DNA of 64,000 nt, from contig CAKOLG010000003.1 in NCBI GenBank assembly GCA_934096175.1, forward strand, positions 1 through 64,000. Reading direction: 5' to 3'. Position numbers and translations under genes: made by a program. The notes beneath the pieces are model-generated. The model did not search any database. It was not told the DNA's origin and saw nothing but the letters and a program-made list of their open reading frames with translations. This stretch comes from an uncultured Bacilli bacterium. Its GTDB lineage: Bacteria > Bacillota_I > Bacilli_A > RF39 > UBA660. Positions 1 through 9,614 of the stretch are shown one piece after another (the first letter of the stretch is position 1; each line of letters starts with the position of its first letter).

Positions 1-118
1 CAACATACTTTATGAAATAGAATTATTTAATAGAAAATATATGGTTTTTATTTTTCTGCCCATTTAATTTTATATATTTATTTTTATCTTTATATGCTAT
101 AATGAAATAGATAAAAAT

Positions 119-188
119 AGAAAACCATAAAGTATGTTGCTTTATGGTTTTTTGGTATTAAAAAACTCTAGAATTTCTAGAGTTTTAT
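119..188. terminator. Two adjacent hairpins (AAACCATAAAG..CTTTATGGTTT followed by a T-run; CTCTAGAAATTCTAGAG flanked by A/T runs). Likely bidirectional terminators.
   Basis: Inverted repeats with flanking T/A runs, read directly from the sequence. Confidence 0.4.
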
Positions 189-472
189 AAATATTCCATT
201 ATCGCGACGTTTTTTTCTAGTTTAGCAATTAAATCTTCACGATCGTATTTAGAAAATATTTCTTCAAAAGAAGTATTTTCTAATAAAAACATATTATAAA
301 ATTTAACAAATGCATCACAATAATTTTTTACACCTAAATCTTTTAAGAAATTAATATTTTTTGAAACTTTTTCTTTTTCTTTTTCAAGTGTTTCTAACGC
401 CTTACTTGGTAGATTTTCATTTATTGTATTTATATATTCATCATTAAAACCTAAATCTTTTAAGTATGTCAT
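185..472 (-). CDS. Hypothetical 95-aa protein. Its start overlaps the stop of the upstream gene by 4 nt.
   Basis: ORF with an ATGA overlap to 469..2766; no family recognised. Confidence 0.45.
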   Translation of the reverse strand: MTYLKDLGFNDEYINTINENLPSKALETLEKEKEKVSKNINFLKDLGVKNYCDAFVKFYNMFLLENTSFEEIFSKYDREDLIAKLEKNVAIMEYL

Positions 473-2766
473 GCTGCTAGACCTCCCATTCTTTTTGAGG
501 TTTTATTAAAACCCAAGCAACTACTGGCTATTTTATCTAAATTTTCAGTTGTTACATGAAGGTTATACATAGCTGCTGTTAAAATTATTTCTCTTTCCAA
601 ACCATCTATTGCTTGGTTTTGTTTTGATAGCATATCAACAAGTACAGCAATATTTCTTTCTAATTTGCTTTTAGAAATTAGTGTTCCAGAAACGTTGTAA
701 ATGTTTTCATTAATAATTTGGGCTTTTAAAGCGGTTGGTAAACTAGTGATAATTTTGTTGTATTCATTTAATAATTCGCTATTTTCAAAATCTATTTTTT
801 CAAGTTGAGGACTTTGATAATAAGCATCTAAATAATCTATTAATATTTTTATATAATCACTATTACCGATAACATTCGGGATTTGTTCTTTTGTCGAAAT
901 TAAGTTTGGTAAAACTGCGTTGCCAAATGCTTTTTGAAATTCTAATTCATCATAGATATATTTATAATATTGGTTATTTTCATCAACTATTGGAATATTT
1001 TGTTCTTGACAATATTTTATTCTTCTTAGTAAACTGATAGGATTTTTACCTAAAATTTCAGGGTTGGTTTCGATTAGTTTGCTTAAATCCGCCTCATAAA
1101 AAGTTTCAATGGCAGAAGTAAGTTCTGTAGGAGTTTTCCAGAATGTTTCTAGCGCAAATTTACCATTTTTTCTAACTAATTTAATAGAATGATTTTTTAA
1201 AATATCAGCATCTGTTGTAACATAAGGACTATTCATTAAAACTGCTTCATTATTTCTAATTTCTTTATCTTCTAGTTCGATACCTTGTTCAGATAATTTT
1301 AATATTTTTACATAATAGCTAACAATATCACTTTTTAATTTTCCAATATTTTGATCAGTAATTTTTTCTTCTGTAGTTTCTAAAGCTTCTATTCTTTCAG
1401 CAAATGTTTGATATGATTCTGTGAAGTTCCAATTTAACAATTCGTTAGTTATAGTGTCATCTGATATTTGACGACTTTTTAAAATATCTATTTTACGAGA
1501 AAGTTCGCTGTCTGTTAAATACATAAAGCCATCTTTTATATCATATAGATGAGAAGCTGGAACATTTAAACTTTTTAATAGATTTAAGTTTTGAGTAATT
1601 ATTTTTTCGTCAGTTTCTAATATTTTTTTTATTATTTCATCTTTGTTTGCTTCAGGAATTTTATCTATTTCTACTCCTAATAATTCTAAACGTGTTATTT
1701 CTACGTCATTGTTATTATTTGGTTCTTCATCGTTGGAAACTGGTGTTTCTGGCGTGATATATTCTTCTACTGGAGCCTGAACAAAATCTGTGAAGTCGGG
1801 ATTAAAAATATTATCTGCAGTTGTTGCTAGTGGTGTTGGAATTATTGGTTCTTCTACTTGATTTTCGATTTGAGAAGTTGGTTCATTTTCAACGTTCATG
1901 TTTTCTATGGTTGGAATATCATTAACTATTGGAGCTGCGACTTCTAGTGTTGGTTCATTTTCTTCAATAACTGGTGTTTCAGTTGGCTCTTGAACGGCAG
2001 TTGGAGTATCATTTACTATCTCAACTGGTTGATTGATGACATTTTGTTCAACACTGTAATCGTTTTGTTCATTTTTTTCTACATTTTCTTCTACTGTAAA
2101 AGGATTTTTATGTTCTTCGGTAGGATAATTTTGATCATATTCAATAAGACCATTTTCAGGGAATAAAATTAGAAACTCTAAAACAAGTATTTCTTCTTCG
2201 GTAAATACTTTAAAAGCATCAAGTACTGATTTTACAAAATCACGATTATAGGAATTATTTTTTAAAACAAGTATATCATTTAGAAGAAGATTCAATTTAC
2301 TTTGATCTGCTTCAGCAGTGTTAAGTCTGCTCTCGGCATCTTCAAGTTCACTAATTAGTTTCTCAATTTCACTTTCTTTTTCAGCAATTGCACGCAATGA
2401 TGTTGTTATTTGATGATCTATTTCACCTTTATGAGTTGGCATTTTATCTCTTAGTTTAGCAAGAAGTGTTCCAACTGGTACATCCACACCAACATCTTTT
2501 AAAGATTCAAAGCTACTATCATCAAATTCACTAAAACTATTTAAGAATGTATCTGCTTGATTTGTAAATATTGCCAATTCATTGTTATATTTTTCTTTAT
2601 TTTCTTCTTCTTGTTTTTTTTCTTCTTCACTAGTAGATTTTGCTTTTTCTAAATCAGATATTTCTGTTTTTAAACCTGTAATGATAATACTGTCATCACT
2701 TCGTAAGTTATATAGCTTGTCTAATAATATTTTTCTTTCCTCTGTTAATACCGCCATAGCCGACAC
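469..2766 (-). CDS. Hypothetical 765-aa acidic cytoplasmic protein with an N-terminal coiled coil and a long Pro/Thr/Glu/Asn-rich linker.
   Basis: Long ORF with no TM segments, coiled-coil-like heptads and a low-complexity acidic PT-rich segment. Confidence 0.6.
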   Translation of the reverse strand: MSAMAVLTEERKILLDKLYNLRSDDSIIITGLKTEISDLEKAKSTSEEEKKQEEENKEKYNNELAIFTNQADTFLNSFSEFDDSSFESLKDVGVDVPVGTLLAKLRDKMPTHKGEIDHQITTSLRAIAEKESEIEKLISELEDAESRLNTAEADQSKLNLLLNDILVLKNNSYNRDFVKSVLDAFKVFTEEEILVLEFLILFPENGLIEYDQNYPTEEHKNPFTVEENVEKNEQNDYSVEQNVINQPVEIVNDTPTAVQEPTETPVIEENEPTLEVAAPIVNDIPTIENMNVENEPTSQIENQVEEPIIPTPLATTADNIFNPDFTDFVQAPVEEYITPETPVSNDEEPNNNNDVEITRLELLGVEIDKIPEANKDEIIKKILETDEKIITQNLNLLKSLNVPASHLYDIKDGFMYLTDSELSRKIDILKSRQISDDTITNELLNWNFTESYQTFAERIEALETTEEKITDQNIGKLKSDIVSYYVKILKLSEQGIELEDKEIRNNEAVLMNSPYVTTDADILKNHSIKLVRKNGKFALETFWKTPTELTSAIETFYEADLSKLIETNPEILGKNPISLLRRIKYCQEQNIPIVDENNQYYKYIYDELEFQKAFGNAVLPNLISTKEQIPNVIGNSDYIKILIDYLDAYYQSPQLEKIDFENSELLNEYNKIITSLPTALKAQIINENIYNVSGTLISKSKLERNIAVLVDMLSKQNQAIDGLEREIILTAAMYNLHVTTENLDKIASSCLGFNKTSKRMGGLAA

Positions 2767-2900
2767 CTCGCTTATTATGTATAGATTATATCAAAAAGAA
2801 AGTTTGTTGTAAATGTTTATTTTTAATTTATTGAATAGGTATTTACATACACATGTGAATAAATTAAAGAATATAATAAATTGAAACTAGGAGGGATATT

Positions 2901-3887
2901 TTGAAAAAATTTTTAATTGTTTTTTTGACATTAATACTTATTATAACTGCTGTATTTTTTGTCAAATCAATGAATAATAAGAAAGAAAATGATTTAGTTT
3001 CAATAAAATTAGCGGAAGTAACACATAGTATTTTTTATGCACCTTTATATGTAGCACTGGAAAATGGTTATTTTAAAGAAAATGGTTTAGATGTAGATAT
3101 TATATTAACGAGTGGAGCTGATAAAGTAAGTGCAGCCGTATTATCAGGAGATGTCCAAGTTGGTTTTGCAGGACCTGAATCTGCAATATATGTATATAAT
3201 AATGGTGAAGAAGATTATTTAGTAACTTTTGCTGGTTTAACAAAACGTGATGGGCAATTTATTGTTTCTAGAAAAAAAATAGAAGATTTTAATATTGAAG
3301 ATTTATATGGTAAAGAAATTTTAGTTGGTAGAACTGGTGGAATGCCTGCTTTAAATTTTTTAAACGGAGTAAAAAATAGCAATGGTGACGTTACAAAAAT
3401 TGAAGTTAATACAAGTATAGATTTTGCTTCATTGTCAGGAACTTTTATTAGTGGCGTTGGAGATTTTGTAAATTTATTTGAACCAAATGCTTTAAAATTG
3501 GAAAAAGAAGGTCTTGGTTATGTTGTTGGAAGTATTGGAAAATTGTCTGGAGAAATGCCTTACACTGCTTTTTACGCTAGAAAAAGTTATGTAGATAAAA
3601 ATGAAGAAGTAATAAAAAAATTTAATGATGCAATTAATAAAGGTCTTAAATATGTTGCAGAACATAGTGATGAAGATGTAGCACGTAGTATTTTAAATCA
3701 ATTTCCCGATAATTCGCTAAATGATGTGGCTGTAATTGTAAAAAGGTATAAAGAGGCAGACTCTTGGTTTACTAATACAACAATTCCAGAAGAAGCATAT
3801 AAAAATTTAGAGAATATAATGATAGATAATGATTTGCTTGATCATTACGTGGATTTTAATAAGTTAGTTAAAAATTTAAATGAATAA
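2901..3887 (+). CDS. ABC transporter substrate-binding protein of the NMT1/SsuA/ThiY-like family (aliphatic sulfonate/nitrate/HMP type). It has a TTG start.
   Basis: Signal/anchor peptide; an AGGAGGG RBS lies 5 nt upstream of TTG; NMT1-like motifs are present. Confidence 0.75.
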   Translation: MKKFLIVFLTLILIITAVFFVKSMNNKKENDLVSIKLAEVTHSIFYAPLYVALENGYFKENGLDVDIILTSGADKVSAAVLSGDVQVGFAGPESAIYVYNNGEEDYLVTFAGLTKRDGQFIVSRKKIEDFNIEDLYGKEILVGRTGGMPALNFLNGVKNSNGDVTKIEVNTSIDFASLSGTFISGVGDFVNLFEPNALKLEKEGLGYVVGSIGKLSGEMPYTAFYARKSYVDKNEEVIKKFNDAINKGLKYVAEHSDEDVARSILNQFPDNSLNDVAVIVKRYKEADSWFTNTTIPEEAYKNLENIMIDNDLLDHYVDFNKLVKNLNE

Positions 3888-4629
3888 GTTATTAACTGTA
3901 AATAATATAAGTAAGAAGTTTAATACTGTTAATGGTGAAATCGAAGCAATTAAAAATGTTAGTTTTGATGTTTATGAAGGAGAATTTGTAGCAATTGTAG
4001 GAAGCAGTGGTTGTGGTAAAAGTACTTTATTATCAATTTTAGCTGGTTTAACTAGTAAGACTACAGGAACCATAGAATATTATATTGATAATCCAGTTAC
4101 CGGATATATGTTGCAAGAAGATGCTTTATTTCCTCATTTAAAAATAATTGATAATGTTTTATTAGGTTTAAATATTTTGAAAAAAAACAATTCTGAGAAT
4201 AGAAAGTATGTTGAAGATTTGTTAATTAAGTATAATTTAAATGAATTTAAAAATAAATTCCCTAGAGAATTGTCAGGTGGAATGAAGCAAAGAGTAGCTT
4301 TGATAAGAACATTAGCAATTAAGCCTGACTTATTGTTTTTAGATGAACCGTTTAGTGCTTTAGATTATACAACTCGACTTAATGTTAGTGACGATGTTTA
4401 TAAGATTATAAAGTCTTATGGTAAAACAACTATCATGGTCACACATGATATCGCAGAGGCAATAAGTATGGCAGATAAAGTTATTGTTTTAAGTAAAAGT
4501 CCAGCTTTGGTAAAAAATATATATACTATTGAACTAGAAAATAAGAAATTACCTACTGAAAATAGAAAAGATGCTAAATTTAATTACTATTATGATTTAA
4601 TTTTAAAGGATTTAGATACAATTGTCTGA
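3880..4629 (+). CDS. ABC transporter ATP-binding protein (SsuB/TauB-like).
   Basis: Walker A GSSGCGKST, signature LSGGMKQRV and Walker B LLFLDEP. Confidence 0.9.
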   Translation: MNKLLTVNNISKKFNTVNGEIEAIKNVSFDVYEGEFVAIVGSSGCGKSTLLSILAGLTSKTTGTIEYYIDNPVTGYMLQEDALFPHLKIIDNVLLGLNILKKNNSENRKYVEDLLIKYNLNEFKNKFPRELSGGMKQRVALIRTLAIKPDLLFLDEPFSALDYTTRLNVSDDVYKIIKSYGKTTIMVTHDIAEAISMADKVIVLSKSPALVKNIYTIELENKKLPTENRKDAKFNYYYDLILKDLDTIV

Positions 4630-5407
4630 AGAACAAAAAAAGTTTATACGAAAATATAAACTAAGAAAATGTATAATTTTATTTATTCAATGTTTAATAG
4701 TAATTATGTTTTTAGTTATATGGGAATATTTAAGTAAGCATAAAATAATTAATCCATTTATTTTTAGTAGTCCTTCTAAAGTTATGAAGACTATATATAA
4801 TTTATATATTGGTAATAATTTATTTAAACATATTTGGGTAACTGTTTATGAAACTTTAGTGGCTTTTGGAATAGGAATGTTGATAAGTATAGTGATATCT
4901 ATTATTTTATATTTATATAATAGTATTTATAAAATATTTGATCCTTTTTTAACTTGTTTAAATTCTTTGCCTAAAGTTGCTTTAGGGCCAATGATAATTA
5001 TAATTGCTGGTGCTAGTGGAAAAAGTATTATAATTATGGCCATATTAATTAATGTTATTGTTAGTACATTAGTTATAACAAATGGTTTTTATAGTACTGA
5101 TGCAACTAGATTAAAGTTAATGAAATCTTTTAAAGCTAATAAGTATCAGATATTGAAATATTTGGTTATACCTAGTTCCTATAAAACAATAGTTTCTTCG
5201 TTAAAATTAGCTATTTCAATGAGTTTAATTGGTGTTATAACTGGAGAATTTTTAGTTAGTAAAGCTGGAATAGGATATTTAATTATATATGGAACACAAG
5301 TTTTTAATTTAGATTTAGTTGTTAGTGGTATTATTATTTTAATTATAATATCTTATATTCTTTATAAAGTTGTAGAATATTTAGAGAAGGTATTAGTAAA
5401 AGATTAA
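4622..5407 (+). CDS. ABC transporter permease (SsuC/BPD-transporter-like).
   Basis: Polytopic hydrophobic protein overlapping the ATPase gene. Confidence 0.8.
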   Translation: MSEEQKKFIRKYKLRKCIILFIQCLIVIMFLVIWEYLSKHKIINPFIFSSPSKVMKTIYNLYIGNNLFKHIWVTVYETLVAFGIGMLISIVISIILYLYNSIYKIFDPFLTCLNSLPKVALGPMIIIIAGASGKSIIIMAILINVIVSTLVITNGFYSTDATRLKLMKSFKANKYQILKYLVIPSSYKTIVSSLKLAISMSLIGVITGEFLVSKAGIGYLIIYGTQVFNLDLVVSGIIILIIISYILYKVVEYLEKVLVKD

Positions 5408-5446
5408 ACATGTCTAAGATGTGTTTTTTCTTTGGAAAAAATTATG

Positions 5447-6913
5447 TTAATTAAGACTATGACTAGATATTTTTTGCTCTTTTTGTTGAGCTTCGATATT
5501 TCTTGCTACAACGTTAGCGACATTTGTAGGATTTATAGCATTCATATTGCTACTTCCACTTAAAATAATTTTACTGTCATTCATTGTGATGCATTTAATT
5601 AGATTTTTAGCGTTTAATATAGCTGTTTGTGCTTCATCAATTAGTTCATCTTTTGCATAGCCATCTTTTAAACGTTCTTCTGACCATTCTGAAAAATATT
5701 CTACTAATAAAGTTTCACATGTACTATCGTCTAGAATACCTTCAACTTGACTTTGGTAACCAAAATCAAATTGTGTATCAATACTCATAATATAACTATA
5801 AGGATCATCAATTTTATTTTCTTGCATTAATTTGATAAGATAGTCAACGCCATAGTTAGCTATGTCACTAATTTCACAGTTTAAGCTAGTTGATATGGCT
5901 TGTAGGGTGTATACTTCTATTTCATAACCGCCTTCTTGGCAATCTAGTTTAGTACCACTAGCTAGAGCTGATATTATATCTGGTATAGCTTCAAAAATTG
6001 ACATGCCTAATTTGCCTGATCCAGTTAATTTATTATCATCAATTGTGTAATATGAATCATATAAACTACAACTAATTCCACCATTTTCTGGTGCGTAGGC
6101 CATAGTCATACCATGACCTAAAATCTCATGAAGTAATATTAATTTTGTTGCTGGATCATCTAAATCTGCTGTTTTATTGATAGACACAATCGATCCATCA
6201 GCAACAAACATTCCTGCTACACCAAGAGGCAAAGCTTCTTTTTCGACGAACTTTACGGTTAACTTTTCTAAGTTATAATTAAGAACAGTTAAATCCATAT
6301 TAAAATTGCTTTTTTCTAATTTTTTTAAACCATCATATATTATTTTTTTAATTTTATCAGGAATATTAGCATTTTCTAAAGTATTATAAACTTCATTCCA
6401 TCCGGCTTTTTCTACACCATAATATTTATAAAAGGTGCCCGGAACACATGTTTTAAATGATTTATTACTAAAATGATCAGCGTTTATATTTAAGGAGTTA
6501 AAGCGATTAATTTTAGTTATATCTACACCTGTCATTTTATACATGGAACTGTCGTCTTCCATTTGTTCAAGGCAAACGCCATTTTCAGCAAATTCTGTTA
6601 AGGCATCTTTTGTTGAAGAGCACCCACTAATTCCAAAAATCATTGAGGCAGCTAATGCTAAAGAAGTTAGTTTTTTACCAACATATATTTTAGGTTCAAT
6701 TGAAAAAGTATGCTTTTTGTACCCGTGGTTAATTCTAAGGCAAGAATCAAAAGAATATTGGGCAGCTAATTCATTGTATTCTGTCAAAGTTGGATAATCT
6801 AATTTACCACTTTCAGATATTTTCATAAAAAATTTAGTATATTTTTTATTTATAAAAATTATATATGTATCACCTTTGTGTTTTACTCGACCTATAATTT
6901 TCCACTTTTCCAT
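5447..6913 (-). CDS. Putative zinc metallopeptidase (HEILGH = HExxH). It is membrane- or lipid-anchored through an internal lipobox-like segment (LAASMIFGISGC) that follows an ~85-aa N-terminal domain.
   Basis: HExxH motif, an internal hydrophobic segment ending in Cys, and an AGAGGTG RBS. Confidence 0.5.
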   Translation of the reverse strand: MEKWKIIGRVKHKGDTYIIFINKKYTKFFMKISESGKLDYPTLTEYNELAAQYSFDSCLRINHGYKKHTFSIEPKIYVGKKLTSLALAASMIFGISGCSSTKDALTEFAENGVCLEQMEDDSSMYKMTGVDITKINRFNSLNINADHFSNKSFKTCVPGTFYKYYGVEKAGWNEVYNTLENANIPDKIKKIIYDGLKKLEKSNFNMDLTVLNYNLEKLTVKFVEKEALPLGVAGMFVADGSIVSINKTADLDDPATKLILLHEILGHGMTMAYAPENGGISCSLYDSYYTIDDNKLTGSGKLGMSIFEAIPDIISALASGTKLDCQEGGYEIEVYTLQAISTSLNCEISDIANYGVDYLIKLMQENKIDDPYSYIMSIDTQFDFGYQSQVEGILDDSTCETLLVEYFSEWSEERLKDGYAKDELIDEAQTAILNAKNLIKCITMNDSKIILSGSSNMNAINPTNVANVVARNIEAQQKEQKISSHSLN

Positions 6914-7002
6914 AGTTTTACACCTCTTATTGGCTTTATTATATCATACAAATTTATTTGAATATAAAAAAAACAAGCTGTTAAAAATTATTACAGTTTG
7001 TT

Positions 7003-8310
7003 TTATACTTTTTTTATATAAATAACTTTTTTAGGTTTTTTCTTTGATTTTAGTTTTTTCTTAGCTTTTGGGTGAACTGTATTAGTTTCAATTGGTTTAA
7101 TTGTCCCAGTTTTATTTTTTCTATTTATTTTTTTAATTTCATGAGGATTTAAATTTAATTTTTTATTGTTTTTAACAAGGTTTTGTTTAAGTTCCATTGT
7201 TCGTGGTTGTGTTTTTTCAGGAACTTTGTTTTCAATTTTAGTTTCTTGTTTTTTTAGAGTATGATTTTTAGCTGGGATGGTGGCAATAACTTTAATTTTT
7301 CTGCCTTGTAAGAAATTATCAGGTTCTTTTGGTTCAATATTTTTACTATCTTTACGATTTATTTTTTCAACATCTTGTAACATTTTATCTAATTCTAATA
7401 TTTTACGGTCGTACTCTTCTATTTTCAAAGATAAATTTTGTTCTTCATTTTTATTTTCTTTTATTGGTTGGATTTTTTTATGTGGCTTAAGAACTAAATT
7501 TACATCTTCATCTAGAGTTTCATTTTGTTCTAAATATTTATTAGTTTTAACTGTTAATATTGTTTCATTGTATTTTTCTAAAAAACCTTTGGGTTCATTA
7601 GGACTTTTAATTATAGCATCTTTAAAAGCTTCTTTTTTTCTTAAATCTTCTTTTATTTGTTCTTTTCTTAATTGTTCTTCAATTTTTTTTCGATCAATTA
7701 CTGACGTTTGAATAAATCCGGTTACTTTATCTACTTTTCTTCTTAAACCAAATAATTCTATTAGCCTTTTTGCGTCTTTTATTAAATATATTATAATTGG
7801 AATTAAAAGTAAGATTAACCAAGATTTTTTATTAGCAATTAGGAATTGAAATTTGCCTAATTGCGGAATTATGATTATTTCTTTACCAATTATGTCGTTA
7901 TAAGGAACTGATAAAGTATCGGCGTTTGGATTAGCATCGCCTTGAGTTATGAATTCATAAGTATCATCATCAGAAGTAATAACTTGAGTTACACGATGGG
8001 TAATGGTCATTCCTTCAGAATTAGGCGATTTAGAAATATAAGTAATGATGTCACCAACCTCGATTTTTTCTGGGGAACTAGGATGGATATTGATAACTAC
8101 ATCATAAACATTTATTACTGGTGTCATACTCGGACTAACAATGGTATACATAGAGAATTTAGGACGATATTTTTCATTATTAGAGTTTATTTGACTTGAA
8201 ATCATATAATATAAGATTAAAAATATCATTAAACAGACTAAAGAAAGTACTATGTAGTATAGTATTTTTAAAATTTTAAATATAATTTTATTATATTTTT
8301 TATCTTTCAT
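7003..8310 (-). CDS. sipW: SipW-type (archaeal/eukaryotic-type) signal peptidase I with a long Lys-rich coiled-coil C-terminal extension.
   Basis: SPSMTP (Ser box), GDIITY, HRV and QGDAN motifs plus an N-terminal TM. The start is placed at MKDKKY (GAGG RBS); the track's upstream ATG overlaps the SD. Confidence 0.75.
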   Translation of the reverse strand: MKDKKYNKIIFKILKILYYIVLSLVCLMIFLILYYMISSQINSNNEKYRPKFSMYTIVSPSMTPVINVYDVVINIHPSSPEKIEVGDIITYISKSPNSEGMTITHRVTQVITSDDDTYEFITQGDANPNADTLSVPYNDIIGKEIIIIPQLGKFQFLIANKKSWLILLLIPIIIYLIKDAKRLIELFGLRRKVDKVTGFIQTSVIDRKKIEEQLRKEQIKEDLRKKEAFKDAIIKSPNEPKGFLEKYNETILTVKTNKYLEQNETLDEDVNLVLKPHKKIQPIKENKNEEQNLSLKIEEYDRKILELDKMLQDVEKINRKDSKNIEPKEPDNFLQGRKIKVIATIPAKNHTLKKQETKIENKVPEKTQPRTMELKQNLVKNNKKLNLNPHEIKKINRKNKTGTIKPIETNTVHPKAKKKLKSKKKPKKVIYIKKV

Positions 8311-8330
8311 ATATGGCCTCAATTCTTACA

Positions 8331-8948
8331 TTAATTTAAAAGATTTGACTTGTTGTTTGTTTCTTCTACTACTATACTAGCATTATAATAATTAGATATA
8401 TCACTTGTTTCTATATAGCCATTAAATTTAATATTTATGGTATAAGTTTTGGTTTCATTAGGATGAATTAAAATATTTTCTAAAATGATACTGTCTTTTA
8501 ATGGTAATGCTCGATCAATAGACATTTCGTTGTTTTCAGTTATATTATAAACCAAATTATTATTAGTTGAAAGTGATGTTTTTATAGAAGATATTTTTAA
8601 ATTATAATTAATATCTATATCGCCTTCATTGGTAATCGTAATTACTTTTGGATTTTCTAAGAAATAACCAGTTGTTATGGAAGGGATTTCAATTTTAGCA
8701 GAGTTGTTGTATATACTTGAAAGAATTTGATAGTGTGTTTGGATTTCAGTTTGCATTTTTCGAATATTTTTAGTATTTTGGTAAGATTTATAGGCAAAAA
8801 TAAGTGTAGTTATGGTAGTGAATAAAGTTATAGATAAAATAATTAGGATGGCAATAGTTCTTTTTTGTTGTTCTTTTTGTTCGGTTTGAATTAAAATATT
8901 GTATTGAGTTTCAAGTTCGTTTTTAAATTCGTCGTTTTTGTTTTTCAT
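8331..8948 (-). CDS. Small N-terminally anchored, N/T/I-rich secreted protein. Candidate SipW substrate or fibre subunit.
   Basis: N-terminal TM/signal and a beta-rich N/T/S composition; co-operonic with sipW. Confidence 0.5.
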   Translation of the reverse strand: MKNKNDEFKNELETQYNILIQTEQKEQQKRTIAILIILSITLFTTITTLIFAYKSYQNTKNIRKMQTEIQTHYQILSSIYNNSAKIEIPSITTGYFLENPKVITITNEGDIDINYNLKISSIKTSLSTNNNLVYNITENNEMSIDRALPLKDSIILENILIHPNETKTYTINIKFNGYIETSDISNYYNASIVVEETNNKSNLLN

Positions 8949-8959
8949 TTTATCACTTC

Positions 8960-9505
8960 CTACTTATTTATGTTTATTTTATATGTACCTCCAAAGGCAT
9001 TATTTAAGTTATATGCTTCATTTGATTGTGTTTTTATGAATTCTATTGTTATTGTACAGGTATTGGTTTTATTAGTTTTTAATTCAAGGTTTTCTAAAAT
9101 AATATTTTCTGAATTATTTAGAGGCATTTGTTTTTTATCTGTTTTTTCACCATTTGAGCAGTTTAAATAATAAATAAATTCTTCAGGGTGATTAGAATTT
9201 GTATTCCATGTACTAGATACATTTTCCCAAGTTATATTGTAATAAATTGTATTAGAATTGTTATTTGTTATACTAAATGTATTGGAATAAGTATAACCTG
9301 GGGTAAGATCATATAAGTTAAGTTTATTTGATTTATCATATTGAATAGTTGAATTAATATAGATGTTGTTACTAGCTAGTATTGAATTACTATTTATAGA
9401 GGTTTTAGATTCTTCTGATAAATGAATTAAAATAACGCAAATAAAAGAGCTTATAAAAGTAAGCACAGAAAAAAAACATATTAGTATCCACCACTTTTTG
9501 CCCAT
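8960..9505 (-). CDS. Small N-terminally anchored, N/T-rich secreted protein. Candidate SipW substrate or fibre subunit.
   Basis: N-terminal signal/TM and N/T-rich composition. The start is placed at ATG MGKKWW behind AAGGGTG; the track's upstream start codon is GTG. Confidence 0.5.
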   Translation of the reverse strand: MGKKWWILICFFSVLTFISSFICVILIHLSEESKTSINSNSILASNNIYINSTIQYDKSNKLNLYDLTPGYTYSNTFSITNNNSNTIYYNITWENVSSTWNTNSNHPEEFIYYLNCSNGEKTDKKQMPLNNSENIILENLELKTNKTNTCTITIEFIKTQSNEAYNLNNAFGGTYKININK

Positions 9506-9614
9506 TTTTATCACCCTTTATTATAGTAATTATATAATATCAAAATTAATACTTTTTAGCAAGTTTAATGTATTTTTTAAGTTATATATGTTATAATGCT
9601 TGAGAGGTGTAAAT

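Noticed and set aside
2582-2812. Plus-strand 76-aa ORF
   Set aside because: Lies entirely inside the minus-strand 765-aa gene with low-complexity S/F-rich content; treated as a shadow ORF.
2767-2900. Possible TPP/THI-box riboswitch upstream of the NMT1-like ABC operon
   Set aside because: None of the conserved THI-box elements (CUGAGA, GGG...UGAGAG) are present. Only an AT-rich region with an RBS.
6543-6797. Plus-strand 84-aa ORF inside the metallopeptidase gene
   Set aside because: Antisense shadow ORF with no RBS.
7277-8199. Plus-strand ORFs (144 aa and 85 aa) inside sipW
   Set aside because: Antisense shadow ORFs in a region rich in AAA/TTT codons.
8904-9170. Plus-strand 88-aa ORF
   Set aside because: Overlaps two minus-strand genes; shadow ORF.
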